From positions 32,001 to 96,000 of the IMG/VR virus record IMGVR_UViG_3300014208_000003: a DNA stretch of 64,000 nt, one strand, 5' to 3'. The notes beneath the pieces are model-generated. The model saw only the letters and a program-made list of their open reading frames with translations. It ran no database searches and was not told the DNA's origin. This document shows positions 20,658 through 30,694 of the stretch, piece by piece; the stretch's first letter is position 1, and each line of letters opens with the position of its first letter. The DNA is from a virus. A program made the translations under genes and the position numbers.

Positions 20658-21017
20658 ATGCGGATGTGGATGGTAGAACCTAATTTACTTTGTAGGAAAC
20701 ATTTACTTGGCGAACATTCCGAAATACATAAACACAAACACAATTTTGAAAAGGGTCATTCATTCAAAGGCAGAGTTCAACCAGTAGTGCAAATCGAACC
20801 TCTATCAATGCAACAAAGACACGACGAACTAGTAAAAGAAATGATTAAACGAGGATATAACCACAAATCACCTTATACACAACCAAGTTTACACAAATAT
20901 ACTCCGGAACAAATCTCGGTAAAAGTAGATAAACAAAATTCTATCAAAGACTTATTAACAAGATGTCAGGAATGTAAAATTTTAATTGAAGGAAAAACCA
21001 ATGGAACAATTCAATAA
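20658..21017 (+). CDS. Pyrimidine-dimer DNA glycosylase (endonuclease V-like)
   Basis: MRMW...LCRKHLLGEH.EIH, RHDELVKEM..RGYNHKSP. Confidence 0.75.
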   Translation: MRMWMVEPNLLCRKHLLGEHSEIHKHKHNFEKGHSFKGRVQPVVQIEPLSMQQRHDELVKEMIKRGYNHKSPYTQPSLHKYTPEQISVKVDKQNSIKDLLTRCQECKILIEGKTNGTIQ

Positions 21018-21163
21018 ACGTGATCTTATAAATTTCATAAAGGACAATTTAACTATATACATCAATCAAAAACCATCGGGCTATATAAAAATCTCTTTAT
21101 GTATAGATGGTACTAGTTTCTCATCTGATATAATTTCTCTACCCGAAAATAAGGAAATTTAAT

Positions 21164-22291
21164 ATGACCCTCTATTCTCAATCAACTACCGGAAAAATTC
21201 TTGTCTGGGAAATCGAAGTTCTTAAAAACCAATATAGAACAATTACAGGTCAAGAAGATGGTCAAAAAGTTATTTCGGAATGGACTACTTGTAACGGAAA
21301 GAATATTGGAAGAGCTAACGAAACAACTCCCGAAGAACAAGCTATACAAGAAGCAGAAGCACATATCAAAAAGAAATTAAAATCAGGTTATCATAAAGAT
21401 CGTGATAATGCATCTTCCGGAACATCTTATATGAAACCCATGCTTGCTAATAAATTTCCTGACCATAAACACAAAATTCAATATCCCGTAATGGTTGATA
21501 GAAAATATAATGGTGTAAGATGCATAACCACTATCAAAGGAATGTTTACAAGAAAAGGTGAAGAGATAATTACCGCACCACATATCCGAGAATGCCTTGA
21601 ACCAATTTTTGAAAAGTTTCCGGATATGGTTATCGATGGAGAATTATATAACCAGGAATATGCAGATCAACTAAACGAACTTGTGAAACTCGTCCGGAAA
21701 ACAAAACATTATACAGAACAAGATTTAATTAGAAGTAAAGAAATTGTTAAGTACTATGTTTACGATGGATATAACTTTCTTTCCGGAATAGTACCAGTAG
21801 CAGAACAAACAAATAATTTTAATAGAAGATGGTATTTGCAAGATCTTTTCAAAAACTATTCCGAAATGATTGTTCCTGTAGATAATCAAACCGCACAATC
21901 CGAAGAACATCTAATGGAAATATATGAGAGCTATTTGAAAGAAGGTATGGAAGGTGCTATCATAAGAAATCCTAATGCACCATATCATCACAAACGTTCT
22001 AATGATCTTCTTAAACTAAAACCTTTAAACGATAATGAATTTGAAATATTAGATATCAAAGAAGGTATAGGTAATTGGTCAGGAGCTGCTAAAATAGTTA
22101 CTCTGAAAATGGATTCCGGAAAAATATTTGATGGTTCTATTAAAGGATGTTTTGAGGATAATGTTCAAATCCTTATTAACAAAAATGATTGGATAGGTTC
22201 TAAAGTCACTGTTCGATATAATGGTTTAACAGGACTCGGAACACCTAATTTCGCACAATGGTCACCGAATAATTCTTTAAGAGCTGATTGA
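21164..22291 (+). CDS. ATP-dependent DNA ligase
   Basis: PMLA, KYNGVRC, DGELY, YVYD, EGAIIR, RSNDLLKLKP. Confidence 0.9.
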   Translation: MTLYSQSTTGKILVWEIEVLKNQYRTITGQEDGQKVISEWTTCNGKNIGRANETTPEEQAIQEAEAHIKKKLKSGYHKDRDNASSGTSYMKPMLANKFPDHKHKIQYPVMVDRKYNGVRCITTIKGMFTRKGEEIITAPHIRECLEPIFEKFPDMVIDGELYNQEYADQLNELVKLVRKTKHYTEQDLIRSKEIVKYYVYDGYNFLSGIVPVAEQTNNFNRRWYLQDLFKNYSEMIVPVDNQTAQSEEHLMEIYESYLKEGMEGAIIRNPNAPYHHKRSNDLLKLKPLNDNEFEILDIKEGIGNWSGAAKIVTLKMDSGKIFDGSIKGCFEDNVQILINKNDWIGSKVTVRYNGLTGLGTPNFAQWSPNNSLRAD

Positions 22292-22608
22292 TGTTGAAAC
22301 CTTCGAGGATTTATACTTCCAAAAATAGAATTTGTTATGATTTTATTTTCAAACAGGCTCCGAAAGTTTGTTTGAGATGTATTGTTATTGAAGGAAAACT
22401 GGTTAGTATCTTATGGGAGCGTCAAAATAGAATATCACGAAAAGGATGGTCAAAAAAGAATATTGAATAACTTCCGGAATGTGTCTTGGAAGTTCTAAAC
22501 CATCCTTTTCTTGATATAGATATTGCTAAAAGTGATTTCTCTAAAATTGAATATCGGAAAATGGTTTGGAATACGAAAGATACACAAATGTCGTTCTTAG
22601 TAAAATAA
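22288..22608 (+). pseudogene. PE...PF-family member with premature TAA
   Basis: In-frame TAA 22468-22470, followed by LPECVLEVLNHPFLDIDIAK. Confidence 0.65.
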
Positions 22609-22660
22609 ATTCATTTTTCTTTTGGATCCGGAACTTTCGTGTATTATATTTTAAAAGAAT
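22608..22660 (+). promoter_or_regulatory. Repeated early promoter
   Basis: TTGGAT 22622-22627, TATATT 22645-22650. Confidence 0.7.
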
Positions 22661-22684
22661 CCACAAACAAGAAAAGGAGTCTAT

Positions 22685-22954
22685 ATGTTAAAAGTAGGTG
22701 ATGTCGTAAAATTAACAACTTTATTATTAGGAAACTCACCAGAAACAATTGGATTTGTTTTTAATGATGAATTGAATATCCAGCAGATTATTTTTGAGAA
22801 TGGTAAGTATGATGGATTCGATCTTCGGGATCAAACGAACTTTCTTGAAAAAATTGGTCACGAGGATTCTTTAACAAACTACCAATTCATAAATGTTTTC
22901 AGAACAGGCATTGATTACGATTACAACCTCTTCCCGTTCAAAAGGTGGAAATAA
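22685..22954 (+). CDS. Hypothetical early protein
   Basis: AAGGAG SD; KVGD start. Confidence 0.6.
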   Translation: MLKVGDVVKLTTLLLGNSPETIGFVFNDELNIQQIIFENGKYDGFDLRDQTNFLEKIGHEDSLTNYQFINVFRTGIDYDYNLFPFKRWK

Positions 22955-23295
22955 TGTTCAAAGACACTCTTCAGGAAGATATTGTTTATTGTGTTTCAGA
23001 ACAAATTCCGTGTAAGCTTTTCAGAATAACCGATAAATTTATATATGTTCAAAGGCATTCTTTATCACTCAATTCCGGAACATACGAATGCAAAGTAAAT
23101 AAGGAAACTGGTTATGATAGATTAAGGAACCAGTATTACGAACCATATAACGAGAAGAACAAAATACTATATGCCACAAAATTAAAAAGAATAGAGATCA
23201 ATACAAGACTTAATAATATCTCTTCTGGATTGGATAAACTAAATCTTAATGAGCTAATTAAACTAGAGGAGGTTTTGAACACATGCGGTATTTGA
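22945..23295 (+). CDS. Hypothetical protein
   Basis: Coupled ORF. Confidence 0.5.
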   Translation: MEIMFKDTLQEDIVYCVSEQIPCKLFRITDKFIYVQRHSLSLNSGTYECKVNKETGYDRLRNQYYEPYNEKNKILYATKLKRIEINTRLNNISSGLDKLNLNELIKLEEVLNTCGI

Positions 23296-23495
23296 TTCTC
23301 CTGTTATTTCTCTATGTTTCAGAAATCAATCTAGCAACTCTTCGGAATCATATTTTCGATATTGTTTTGCTGATATCTTGTTGTGGATTATATAGTTACG
23401 TAAAATCAGAAAAGAAATGGTACACGGATTTTCTCTATCAATGTAAACAAAGAAGATTAAAAAGATTTGAGATAGAAAAAATACTTTGGAGATAA
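23283..23495 (+). CDS. Small membrane protein
   Basis: GGAGG SD; hydrophobic N-terminus. Confidence 0.45.
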   Translation: MRYLILLLFLYVSEINLATLRNHIFDIVLLISCCGLYSYVKSEKKWYTDFLYQCKQRRLKRFEIEKILWR

Positions 23496-23516
23496 ATTTA
23501 AAAAGGAAAATTTAAA

Positions 23517-23726
23517 ATGAATATTTGGCAAGTGCATTCTCAGTCAAAACCTTCCGGAGAACATCTATTAGTGATTTGGATGAACGAGGTGGGAATTAAA
23601 AAAGAACAGGTTTGCAAAGTTCTGTTTGAAAATTCTTCGACATACAGACTAATAGCACCAGATTTAAAAATGGATATTCAGAAAGGTAATTGTTCAGACC
23701 TAATTGTTAGAAAGATTCCAGAATGA
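23517..23726 (+). CDS. Hypothetical protein
   Basis: AAGGA SD. Confidence 0.45.
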   Translation: MNIWQVHSQSKPSGEHLLVIWMNEVGIKKEQVCKVLFENSSTYRLIAPDLKMDIQKGNCSDLIVRKIPE

Positions 23727-23741
23727 TTTCTAAATATTTGC

Positions 23742-24263
23742 ATGAATGGCGTAATTCCGAAACTAACAATTAAAACATATCCAAAAGAAATACACCCGTT
23801 CATAATCTTCATCCGGAAACTCTACAGAATAAATAAATGGGTAGATCTTAAAAAACTAGAAATCTCATTCGATTATCAGGCCAAAGATGTAGCTGGTTTC
23901 TATGATCCAAAATGCAAACACAAAATCTATATCAATCCTTCTAACTGCATAAACCGAGTAGCTAATACAGAATTCTCACAACCAATAATCCTAATACATG
24001 AATTCTGCCATTTAATAGACTCACATTTAAATATATTCGAAACATGGGCTAACACCTTCCAACCCATTTATCTTAATCCAAACAGCAAAAGAGACCGTAT
24101 AGAAGAGCTTGCGGAACTATTAACAGTATATCTTCTTGATGCCAGAATATTCCGGAACAATATTTCAAAACCTATGCACAAATTCTTCAAACAATATCTC
24201 AAAGCACCAAATAAATCAAATATAGTTTTACCAGAAGCATTTAAAAAACATATAAGCGATTGA
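23742..24263 (+). CDS. Zincin-like metallopeptidase
   Basis: LIHEFCHLID HExxH plus downstream EELAE; TCTAAATA 5 nt upstream of ATG. Confidence 0.6.
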   Translation: MNGVIPKLTIKTYPKEIHPFIIFIRKLYRINKWVDLKKLEISFDYQAKDVAGFYDPKCKHKIYINPSNCINRVANTEFSQPIILIHEFCHLIDSHLNIFETWANTFQPIYLNPNSKRDRIEELAELLTVYLLDARIFRNNISKPMHKFFKQYLKAPNKSNIVLPEAFKKHISD

Positions 24264-24313
24264 TTCTAACAACATTCCTGAACATTAACGGTTATTGTGT
24301 TAGTGTTAAAATA

Positions 24314-24362
24314 GATTCATTATTTTCTTGGATCCGGAACTTTCATCTATTATATTTTAAGA
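24314..24362 (+). promoter_or_regulatory. Repeated early promoter
   Basis: TTGGAT 24328-24333, TATATT 24351-24356. Confidence 0.7.
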
Positions 24363-24380
24363 AAGAAAAGGAGATATTAT

Positions 24381-24575
24381 ATGTTCGGAATTTCAATAGG
24401 CTATAACAACGATAAAAAACTTGCGATTTATGATGATATTAAATTCAAACATTATAATGACATATTAAATAAATTACCAACAGCAGATAAAAACAAAAAA
24501 GTTTCATCGGGTTCTTATGATATGCATCTGGCGGAAACATCAATATACGAATTAAATTTTAAAACAGTAATTTAA
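24381..24575 (+). CDS. Hypothetical protein
   Basis: AAGGAG SD. Confidence 0.5.
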   Translation: MFGISIGYNNDKKLAIYDDIKFKHYNDILNKLPTADKNKKVSSGSYDMHLAETSIYELNFKTVI

Positions 24576-24586
24576 AAAGGGAAATT

Positions 24587-24850
24587 ATGCTATACACTAA
24601 CAAACAACTTATCAACGAACTTCTGAAATATCCTCCTGAACAAATCGTTTTGGTAGATGGTTATGAAATGGGTTTTGACAATATTAAAACCACAGAAGCG
24701 GACGTTCTATTAAATTCGTGTGATAGTAATTTTTGCGGCGTTCATGAAGTAGATGAATATGTAGACAAACCTATTCCCGATTTTGAACCTATTAAAATGA
24801 AAAAAGCAAAAAGAGTAAAAGCCATAATTTTAAAAAGGACTCATGAATGA
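24587..24850 (+). CDS. Hypothetical phage protein
   Basis: QLINELLKYPPE..VLVDGYE.G. Confidence 0.55.
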   Translation: MLYTNKQLINELLKYPPEQIVLVDGYEMGFDNIKTTEADVLLNSCDSNFCGVHEVDEYVDKPIPDFEPIKMKKAKRVKAIILKRTHE

Positions 24851-25203
24851 ATTTCTCAGACTATAAACCAGAAGAACTAATCGGTAAGAAAGTGATACTG
24901 GAATGTTTTGGCAAATTTCTAGAAACAATTGAACGAGTAACTAAAACACAAATTATTCTCAAAGATTCCGCAAAAAAATACAAAATATCAAATGGTCACG
25001 AAATAACTTCTGAACAATGGTTTAAAGGAACAATTCATCTAGCTACTCCGAAACAAGAACAAGAAATAATAAATACAAGAGATTTCAAACATCTCCGGAA
25101 TAATTTAATAAACATACTCCCAAACCTTTCCTATAAAAAACACAAACATCTTCTAAATGATATTAAAGAACTCACCGAAAAAATTAAAAAGGAATTATTA
25201 TGA
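24847..25203 (+). CDS. Hypothetical protein
   Basis: IERVTKTQI beta-barrel-type motif; coupled ORF. Confidence 0.5.
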   Translation: MNFSDYKPEELIGKKVILECFGKFLETIERVTKTQIILKDSAKKYKISNGHEITSEQWFKGTIHLATPKQEQEIINTRDFKHLRNNLINILPNLSYKKHKHLLNDIKELTEKIKKELL

Positions 25204-25351
25204 TTAAAATGCTAACCAAACTTCTGAAAAAGTATAATGAACGTTTAAAAATTCTTCAGATAAATAAGCGAAATAATCCGAATGACTATTATCCCTATGA
25301 CCTCGATATTAAAAATACAAAAGAAGTTATCCGCGATCTGGAGAAACTAAT

Positions 25352-25588
25352 ATGAACCGAAAACAATACCAACTCTATTTTTCAGAAAAGCCTTACAAAC
25401 TAGAAATCAAACCTTTAGCAAATATGTTCCAAAAGTACGTGAAGGAAAATAACCAACTAATAAAATATAACCAATGCTACTATTTCGGAACTCTTAATAA
25501 TCTCAGAGAAAAAGCAAACCAATTAAAAAAACAATGGCTAGACGAACTTCAGAAACATATTACAGAAATTGACCTTATAAAAATCTAA
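25352..25588 (+). CDS. Hypothetical protein
   Basis: GGAG SD. Confidence 0.5.
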   Translation: MNRKQYQLYFSEKPYKLEIKPLANMFQKYVKENNQLIKYNQCYYFGTLNNLREKANQLKKQWLDELQKHITEIDLIKI

Positions 25589-25592
25589 AACC

Positions 25593-25630
25593 CTCTTCCG
25601 GAATCATTATCAAAATATGTTCCGGAAGAG
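25593..25630. repeat. Intergenic paired TTCCGGAA element / hairpin
   Basis: CTCTTCCGGAA...TTCCGGAAGAG; similar pairs at 32327-32357 and 39313-39342. Confidence 0.55.
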
Positions 25631-25746
25631 TTTCCCTATATTCATCCCTAACCCTTCTAACAGCATCTACAATCAACCACAATATAAAAACAATATCATG
25701 ACACTCTTTAAAACTATCTGCCTTTAAATCGTGTCTAAATACTTGC

Positions 25747-26529
25747 ATGATAAAAGAATCAATTTTCGATCCTATTCAAAAAGAACTTTCAAAAGATGTC
25801 TGGAATAATAACCAACTAATTCCTGCTATCAAAACCCAAATCATAAACACTTTCTCAAACTTCCTGAATAAACACAATCTAAAACAAGTTATCAAATCAA
25901 TGAATGTTCTAGGATCAATAACAGGATATCAATACACACCAACTTCCGATATTGATGTGAATGTTGTCCTAGACCTTCCGGAAGAATCCCTGAAAGAACT
26001 ATATAAAGACTTGCCAAATAACATCTTAGCAACAAATACCAAACATCCTATCAACTATTATATTTCAACTATCTGGAAACCCGAATGGTCAAAAGAATCT
26101 AATGGCGTTTATAATATTCTAAAAAATGATTGGCAAAAACTTCCTGAACAACCAAAAACAAACCCAGACAATAATCTTAAACTAGTTTCAGAAATATCCA
26201 GATTCTTCACAACAGGTCTAGATTCAACAATATCCGAATTTTTCCGAGATCTAGACTTCTATCAAACAACTAATAACACAGAATATAAAAAACAAAAATT
26301 CCAAGAACTAAAAGAAGACTATATCTCAATCCAACTAGCACAACACATCCTCCACCAATTCAGAGGAGAAGCATTTCAAAATAATCCATTCCCAATAACT
26401 ATCAATATAACTTCTGCAAATGAATCTATTAACAACATGATTTATAAGTACATAGAGAAATTAGGATACCAAGACACTATCAACAGAATCTCCGGAATAG
26501 CAAAAGAACTCAATCTATCTGCCTCTTAA
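25747..26529 (+). CDS. Pol-beta-superfamily nucleotidyltransferase, late gene
   Basis: LGSITGYQYTPTSDIDVNV (GS...DxD); TCTAAATA 5 nt before ATG. Confidence 0.75.
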   Translation: MIKESIFDPIQKELSKDVWNNNQLIPAIKTQIINTFSNFLNKHNLKQVIKSMNVLGSITGYQYTPTSDIDVNVVLDLPEESLKELYKDLPNNILATNTKHPINYYISTIWKPEWSKESNGVYNILKNDWQKLPEQPKTNPDNNLKLVSEISRFFTTGLDSTISEFFRDLDFYQTTNNTEYKKQKFQELKEDYISIQLAQHILHQFRGEAFQNNPFPITINITSANESINNMIYKYIEKLGYQDTINRISGIAKELNLSAS

Positions 26530-26794
26530 ACCTTGCTAAATCAATTTCAAAAAATGGATTAGAAATATATTCCTGAACACTTTTTAAAATATCTTCCGGA
26601 ACATTCTCTATATATGTCCTATTTCGTTCATAACTATCCGCCAATAATGAATCACACTCTATAGTACAACTTTTAGCACTCATTAAATAACCCACATAAA
26701 TATACTCGATCACCACGGACTTTTCTGAATGTATTCTTTTCTCTATCACAAACTCAAAAATAAAATCCCAATTTAAAATATCAATTATTTTCAT
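26510..26794 (-). CDS. PE...PF-family paralogue (long spacer)
   Basis: VPEDILKSVQEYISNPFFEIDLAR. Confidence 0.75.
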   Translation of the reverse strand: MKIIDILNWDFIFEFVIEKRIHSEKSVVIEYIYVGYLMSAKSCTIECDSLLADSYERNRTYIENVPEDILKSVQEYISNPFFEIDLARFKRQID

Positions 26795-27081
26795 TTTGAC
26801 TGACTATATCTTTCCAAATCAATATCGAAAAATGGTGACTTAATATATTCTAAAAGCTTCTCCGGAACAGAAGACAGATTAATCTCATAAAAAGTCTGAT
26901 CCGCATAAAAATACCTTTCGCCATTATCATAACTAAATTTTATCTCATCTTCATAATTCCAATACTCTACATCAATCTTTTCCGAATAAGTGTACCAAAT
27001 ACAATAAGCACTTCTGCCATTTTCATAATTAGAATAAAATTTTCCCAATTCGCGTGTATTACTTTCCATACTTCCTCGCAA
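26791..27081 (-). CDS. PE...PF-family paralogue (short spacer)
   Basis: VPEKLLEYIKSPFFDIDLER. Confidence 0.75.
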   Translation of the reverse strand: MRGSMESNTRELGKFYSNYENGRSAYCIWYTYSEKIDVEYWNYEDEIKFSYDNGERYFYADQTFYEINLSSVPEKLLEYIKSPFFDIDLERYSQSK

Positions 27082-27310
27082 TATCTATCTCTAAGAAAGG
27101 TGACTCAACATATTTTCTAAGAACCTCCGGAACATCATCAACAGGAACTTCTTGAACAATATTGCCATTATAACAATGAGCTATATAAAAACCGTTAATA
27201 CTTATTAAATCCATTCCTCGCAACTCTATATCCAAACTATGATCATACGTATACCAGTAAACATTTATATCGTTCTTGTAATATCTCCCAATCTTTCGGT
27301 TCAAATCCAT
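27059..27310 (-). CDS. PE...PF-family paralogue (short)
   Basis: VPEVLRKYVESPFLEIDIAR. Confidence 0.75.
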   Translation of the reverse strand: MDLNRKIGRYYKNDINVYWYTYDHSLDIELRGMDLISINGFYIAHCYNGNIVQEVPVDDVPEVLRKYVESPFLEIDIARKYGK

Positions 27311-27597
27311 TATATTTCATTCTTTCTTAGCCACCGATCTTTCCAACCTATCTTCTGCTTATATCTTTCAAAATCTATCTCAAAGAAAGGATCATCAAGC
27401 TTCTTTTGAAACATTTTTCGAATCTCTTCCGGAACATCATCAATATCTACAGTCTTCTCAACAATAATAGTTTCTAACGATTCTGACAATACTCTAAATT
27501 CTAAACTATGACTAAGGAATATATAATTATAATTCTCTATCATATCTTCCTCTAAAACACATTCCCAACAATTGCCCCACTTTAAAAATCTCACCAT
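27310..27597 (-). CDS. PE...PF-family paralogue (long)
   Basis: VPEEIRKMFQKKLDDPFFEIDFER. Confidence 0.75.
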   Translation of the reverse strand: MVRFLKWGNCWECVLEEDMIENYNYIFLSHSLEFRVLSESLETIIVEKTVDIDDVPEEIRKMFQKKLDDPFFEIDFERYKQKIGWKDRWLRKNEI

Positions 27598-27615
27598 AAT
27601 TATTCTCCCAACACG

Positions 27616-27903
27616 TCAATACATTCCGATCTTTAATCTCTCCAATTCAATATCTAAAAATGGATCTAACAACTTATCAGAAAACACTTTAACAACATCT
27701 TCCTGAACAACATCAACCAAACATCTTTCTAACACCAATGACCTACAATTACACCTATCAAGAGTAACATCATTCAGATTATCTTTAAAACATCCCATAC
27801 TAATATAATCAACACGATCTTCAATACAAGACATCCATAATACTTTCTCATATATATTTTCCCACCTCAACACATCTCCAACTTTAATCATATGTTCTAT
27901 CAA
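27616..27903 (-). CDS. PE...PF-family paralogue (long)
   Basis: VQEDVVKVFSDKLLDPFLDIELER. Confidence 0.75.
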   Translation of the reverse strand: MIEHMIKVGDVLRWENIYEKVLWMSCIEDRVDYISMGCFKDNLNDVTLDRCNCRSLVLERCLVDVVQEDVVKVFSDKLLDPFLDIELERLKIGMY

Positions 27904-28195
27904 TCTCCCTTTTCAAATCAATCTCCAAAAAAGGATCAGAAAAGATATTCCTGAAATCTTCCGGAACTTCTGACTCATCAACCCGTACACAACATTTTTC
28001 AAATCCCTCATCTATTAAAAAGAATCCATACCTTCCAACATAATGAAAACATATATAGAATCCCGAAATCCCAACCCATAAATGTATATGAATATCCTTT
28101 AACCACCTGTAATATAAATCATCCTTCTTATACCAATTCATTTCCCACCCACAAACTAGCACCCTCACATTCCAACCTATTCCCAACAGTATCAA
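27884..28195 (-). CDS. PE...PF-family paralogue (short); start probably at MNWYKK (~28141)
   Basis: VPEDFRNIFSDPFLEIDLKR. Confidence 0.75.
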   Translation of the reverse strand: MILLGIGWNVRVLVCGWEMNWYKKDDLYYRWLKDIHIHLWVGISGFYICFHYVGRYGFFLIDEGFEKCCVRVDESEVPEDFRNIFSDPFLEIDLKREIDRTYD

Positions 28196-28508
28196 ATAAA
28201 ATCACACGACTATCGCAAACACCTATAGCACAATGCCAAACACTTCCAAAAGCATCATTACTAAAACACTCATCAACTATAACCTTCTTATCTCTAAAAC
28301 CATCCTCAAATCCAATATATTCAAAACTGCTTATAACATCCCTAACTCCATACTTATCCCTAATATAATCCCTCTCAACATCATTCCTAACAACCATTAA
28401 ATATCCCAACCCACTCTTCAATAACTCAATAATAGAACTTGTCTTACCAATATTACAAGGAGCTATCACCAAACCACCTTTTATAATCTCTTCCGTTATC
28501 CCATTCAT
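28128..28508 (-). CDS. Minimal P-loop/helicase-like protein inside the array
   Basis: IAPCNIGKTS Walker A-like, VIVDEC Walker B-like; no family motif. Confidence 0.5.
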   Translation of the reverse strand: MNGITEEIIKGGLVIAPCNIGKTSSIIELLKSGLGYLMVVRNDVERDYIRDKYGVRDVISSFEYIGFEDGFRDKKVIVDECFSNDAFGSVWHCAIGVCDSRVILFDTVGNRLECEGASLWVGNELV

Positions 28509-28759
28509 CCTAACCTCCTTTTAATATCTATCTCTAAGAAAGGTGATCTAAGATATTCCAAAAGCTCTTCCGGAACATCTTCAATATCCACACCCTCAAA
28601 ATAATCTGAAGGCTCCGGACAATTCCCCCTTCGATGATATATGTTAATTCTACCACCCTTCCAAAACTCTATATCAATATCTTCCGAATAGACTAACCAA
28701 ATACATTCCCAAACTGATAATAAATTGCTCCGGTAATATTTCCCAACTTCCCTCTTCAT
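28505..28759 (-). CDS. PE...PF-family paralogue (short)
   Basis: VPEELLEYLRSPFLEIDIKR. Confidence 0.75.
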   Translation of the reverse strand: MKREVGKYYRSNLLSVWECIWLVYSEDIDIEFWKGGRINIYHRRGNCPEPSDYFEGVDIEDVPEELLEYLRSPFLEIDIKRRLG

Positions 28760-29001
28760 TTATTCAAACACCTTCCTAAATCTATCTCAAAAAACGGTGA
28801 TTGCATATATTCCCAAACACGCTTCCAAATATCTTCCGGAATCTCTTTTGATTGAATCGACCAACCAAACGATGATAATTTATATATCCTCATCAAATCT
28901 TCTCTTTTTTCAACAATCAACACGTATTCCTCAAAATAAATATCATACCTATCATCATAAATTATTACACCTATAGCATTAACCAGCTTCTTATAATTCA
29001 T
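28756..29001 (-). CDS. PE...PF-family paralogue (long)
   Basis: IPEDIWKRVWEYMQSPFFEIDLGR. Confidence 0.75.
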   Translation of the reverse strand: MNYKKLVNAIGVIIYDDRYDIYFEEYVLIVEKREDLMRIYKLSSFGWSIQSKEIPEDIWKRVWEYMQSPFFEIDLGRCLNK

Positions 29002-29300
29002 GACAACTTCCTTTTCATTCTCTCCAACTCTATCTCAAAAAATGGATTAGACATATATTTCTGGAATGCTTTAACAACTTCTTCCGGAATAACAATAATT
29101 CTACGACTTTCTAATGTATTCAAAAACCGCATACCCATATCATCTAAACCATATAATTCAACAGACTTATCTTCGTAATGTCTTAAAACAATATAAGAAA
29201 CACATCTCCTACCATTATATTCCGCAACATCAGAAAGCCAAATCAACTTCTCTATACAAAATCCCCACTGTATCATATCTCCAACTTTAACTTTATGCAT
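28998..29300 (-). CDS. PE...PF-family paralogue (long)
   Basis: IPEEVVKAFQKYMSNPFFEIELER. Confidence 0.75.
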   Translation of the reverse strand: MHKVKVGDMIQWGFCIEKLIWLSDVAEYNGRRCVSYIVLRHYEDKSVELYGLDDMGMRFLNTLESRRIIVIPEEVVKAFQKYMSNPFFEIELERMKRKLS

Positions 29301-29578
29301 TACTTATCATCCCATCCTATCTTCCGCTTAAACCTCTCCAATTCAATATCAAAGAAAGGATCCAATAACCTATTCCGAACATTATTCAAAATAGATTCCG
29401 GAACAAAACTTATATTAATTAACTTCGTATCATAATGTTCACAAGCTATAATACTACTGTTTAAATCCATATCCCGATCCAAATAAATATATTCACTTTC
29501 TTCTACCCTAATTTCTCTTATTAACACAAACTCATAAAATACTCTACCCCATGACAATATCCCAATTATCCTTTCCAT
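29300..29578 (-). CDS. PE...PF-family paralogue (long)
   Basis: VPESILNNVRNRLLDPFFDIELER. Confidence 0.75.
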   Translation of the reverse strand: MERIIGILSWGRVFYEFVLIREIRVEESEYIYLDRDMDLNSSIIACEHYDTKLINISFVPESILNNVRNRLLDPFFDIELERFKRKIGWDDK

Positions 29579-29823
29579 CCCTGCCTATACCTTTCTACAT
29601 CAATATCCAAAAATGGCGACTCAACATATTCCCGAAGAACTACAGGAACATCATCACCAAATATCTCCTGAACAACAACATCATAATACGACGTAACATT
29701 ACCAAACACACAATTTATAATTATCTTATCAACACATTCCCACTTCTCTATATCTACATTCTTATCATACACATACCAATCACACACATTACCCCTATAA
29801 TACTTCCCGATCTCCCTTTTCAT
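29566..29823 (-). CDS. PE...PF-family paralogue (short), first gene of leftward array
   Basis: VPVVLREYVESPFLDIDVER; TATATT 7 nt upstream of ATG. Confidence 0.75.
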   Translation of the reverse strand: MKREIGKYYRGNVCDWYVYDKNVDIEKWECVDKIIINCVFGNVTSYYDVVVQEIFGDDVPVVLREYVESPFLDIDVERYRQGWKG

Positions 29824-30023
29824 AAATCATAATATAAAACAACAATATAATATCTACAAGCAAAATCGGCAAATATATAAAGAAATATTATCCGGAAGAA
29901 CTCATCGCTAATCATTATGTCCAAATCTTAACACATCGTTCACTTATTAACACTTTGTTCATTTCCCTTCTATAACTGTATTGTACACTTATTTACAGTT
30001 ATTTACACTTTCTTACAAAATAA

Positions 30024-30099
30024 TTCCGGAATACTTCAAGAATATCTCCGGAACATTATCTTGAACATTCCGGAATACTTCTAGAATATCTCCTGAACA
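30024..30099. repeat. 11-bp-phased TTCNNGAA array (two 32-bp direct repeats)
   Basis: Octamers at 30024, 30035, 30046, 30058, 30068, 30079, 30090. Confidence 0.8.
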
Positions 30100-30205
30100 A
30101 CAAAATTATATAAAGCAGATCCACATATTTCTTTCCGATCAAATCAAGTATAATCATTCAGGAAATATTTTTAATAATGTTCCGGAATAATTTCTAAATA
30201 CTTTC

Positions 30206-30694
30206 ATGAACAATATAAAATTAAATTCTACAACCTATATGCATCCGGAATTATTCAAGAAGTATTCCAAATTACTTATCCAATCAAATCGTTTAGGAAT
30301 TTACTTTATAGTCACACAGGTAGCAAGAACTCCTGAATATCAAAAGGCATTATATTATCAGGGTAGACTTCCGGCTGATACTGTTAATGAGATGAGGTTA
30401 AAAGTAAATCTTGCACCTATTACTTTGAAACAGAATCGAATAGTAACATCAACATTAAAGTCAAAACATTTATTCAAAACATTTCCGGAATATGGTTCAA
30501 AACAATTTTCGGAAGCATTTGATGTTGCGATTATAAAACCAAATTCTAAAATAATTCTTTGGGATAAACCTGATATCAACAATAATAACAAGAATGATTA
30601 TGAGGAGCTTGGAGTTATAGGAGAGTCATTAGGATTATATTGGGGTGGCCGTTTTAAAAATATTGATATGCCACATTATGAAATTAGATTGTAG
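30206..30694 (+). CDS. M15-family peptidoglycan endopeptidase (endolysin)
   Basis: RT...QKALY.QGR, SKH, AFDV, WGG.F...DMPHYE; late promoter. Confidence 0.85.
   Translation: MNNIKLNSTTYMHPELFKKYSKLLIQSNRLGIYFIVTQVARTPEYQKALYYQGRLPADTVNEMRLKVNLAPITLKQNRIVTSTLKSKHLFKTFPEYGSKQFSEAFDVAIIKPNSKIILWDKPDINNNNKNDYEELGVIGESLGLYWGGRFKNIDMPHYEIRL

Noticed and set aside
22468-22470. Stop-codon reassignment suggested by the in-frame TAA
   Set aside because: Isolated case. TAA ends many conserved genes and long genes are intact in code 11.
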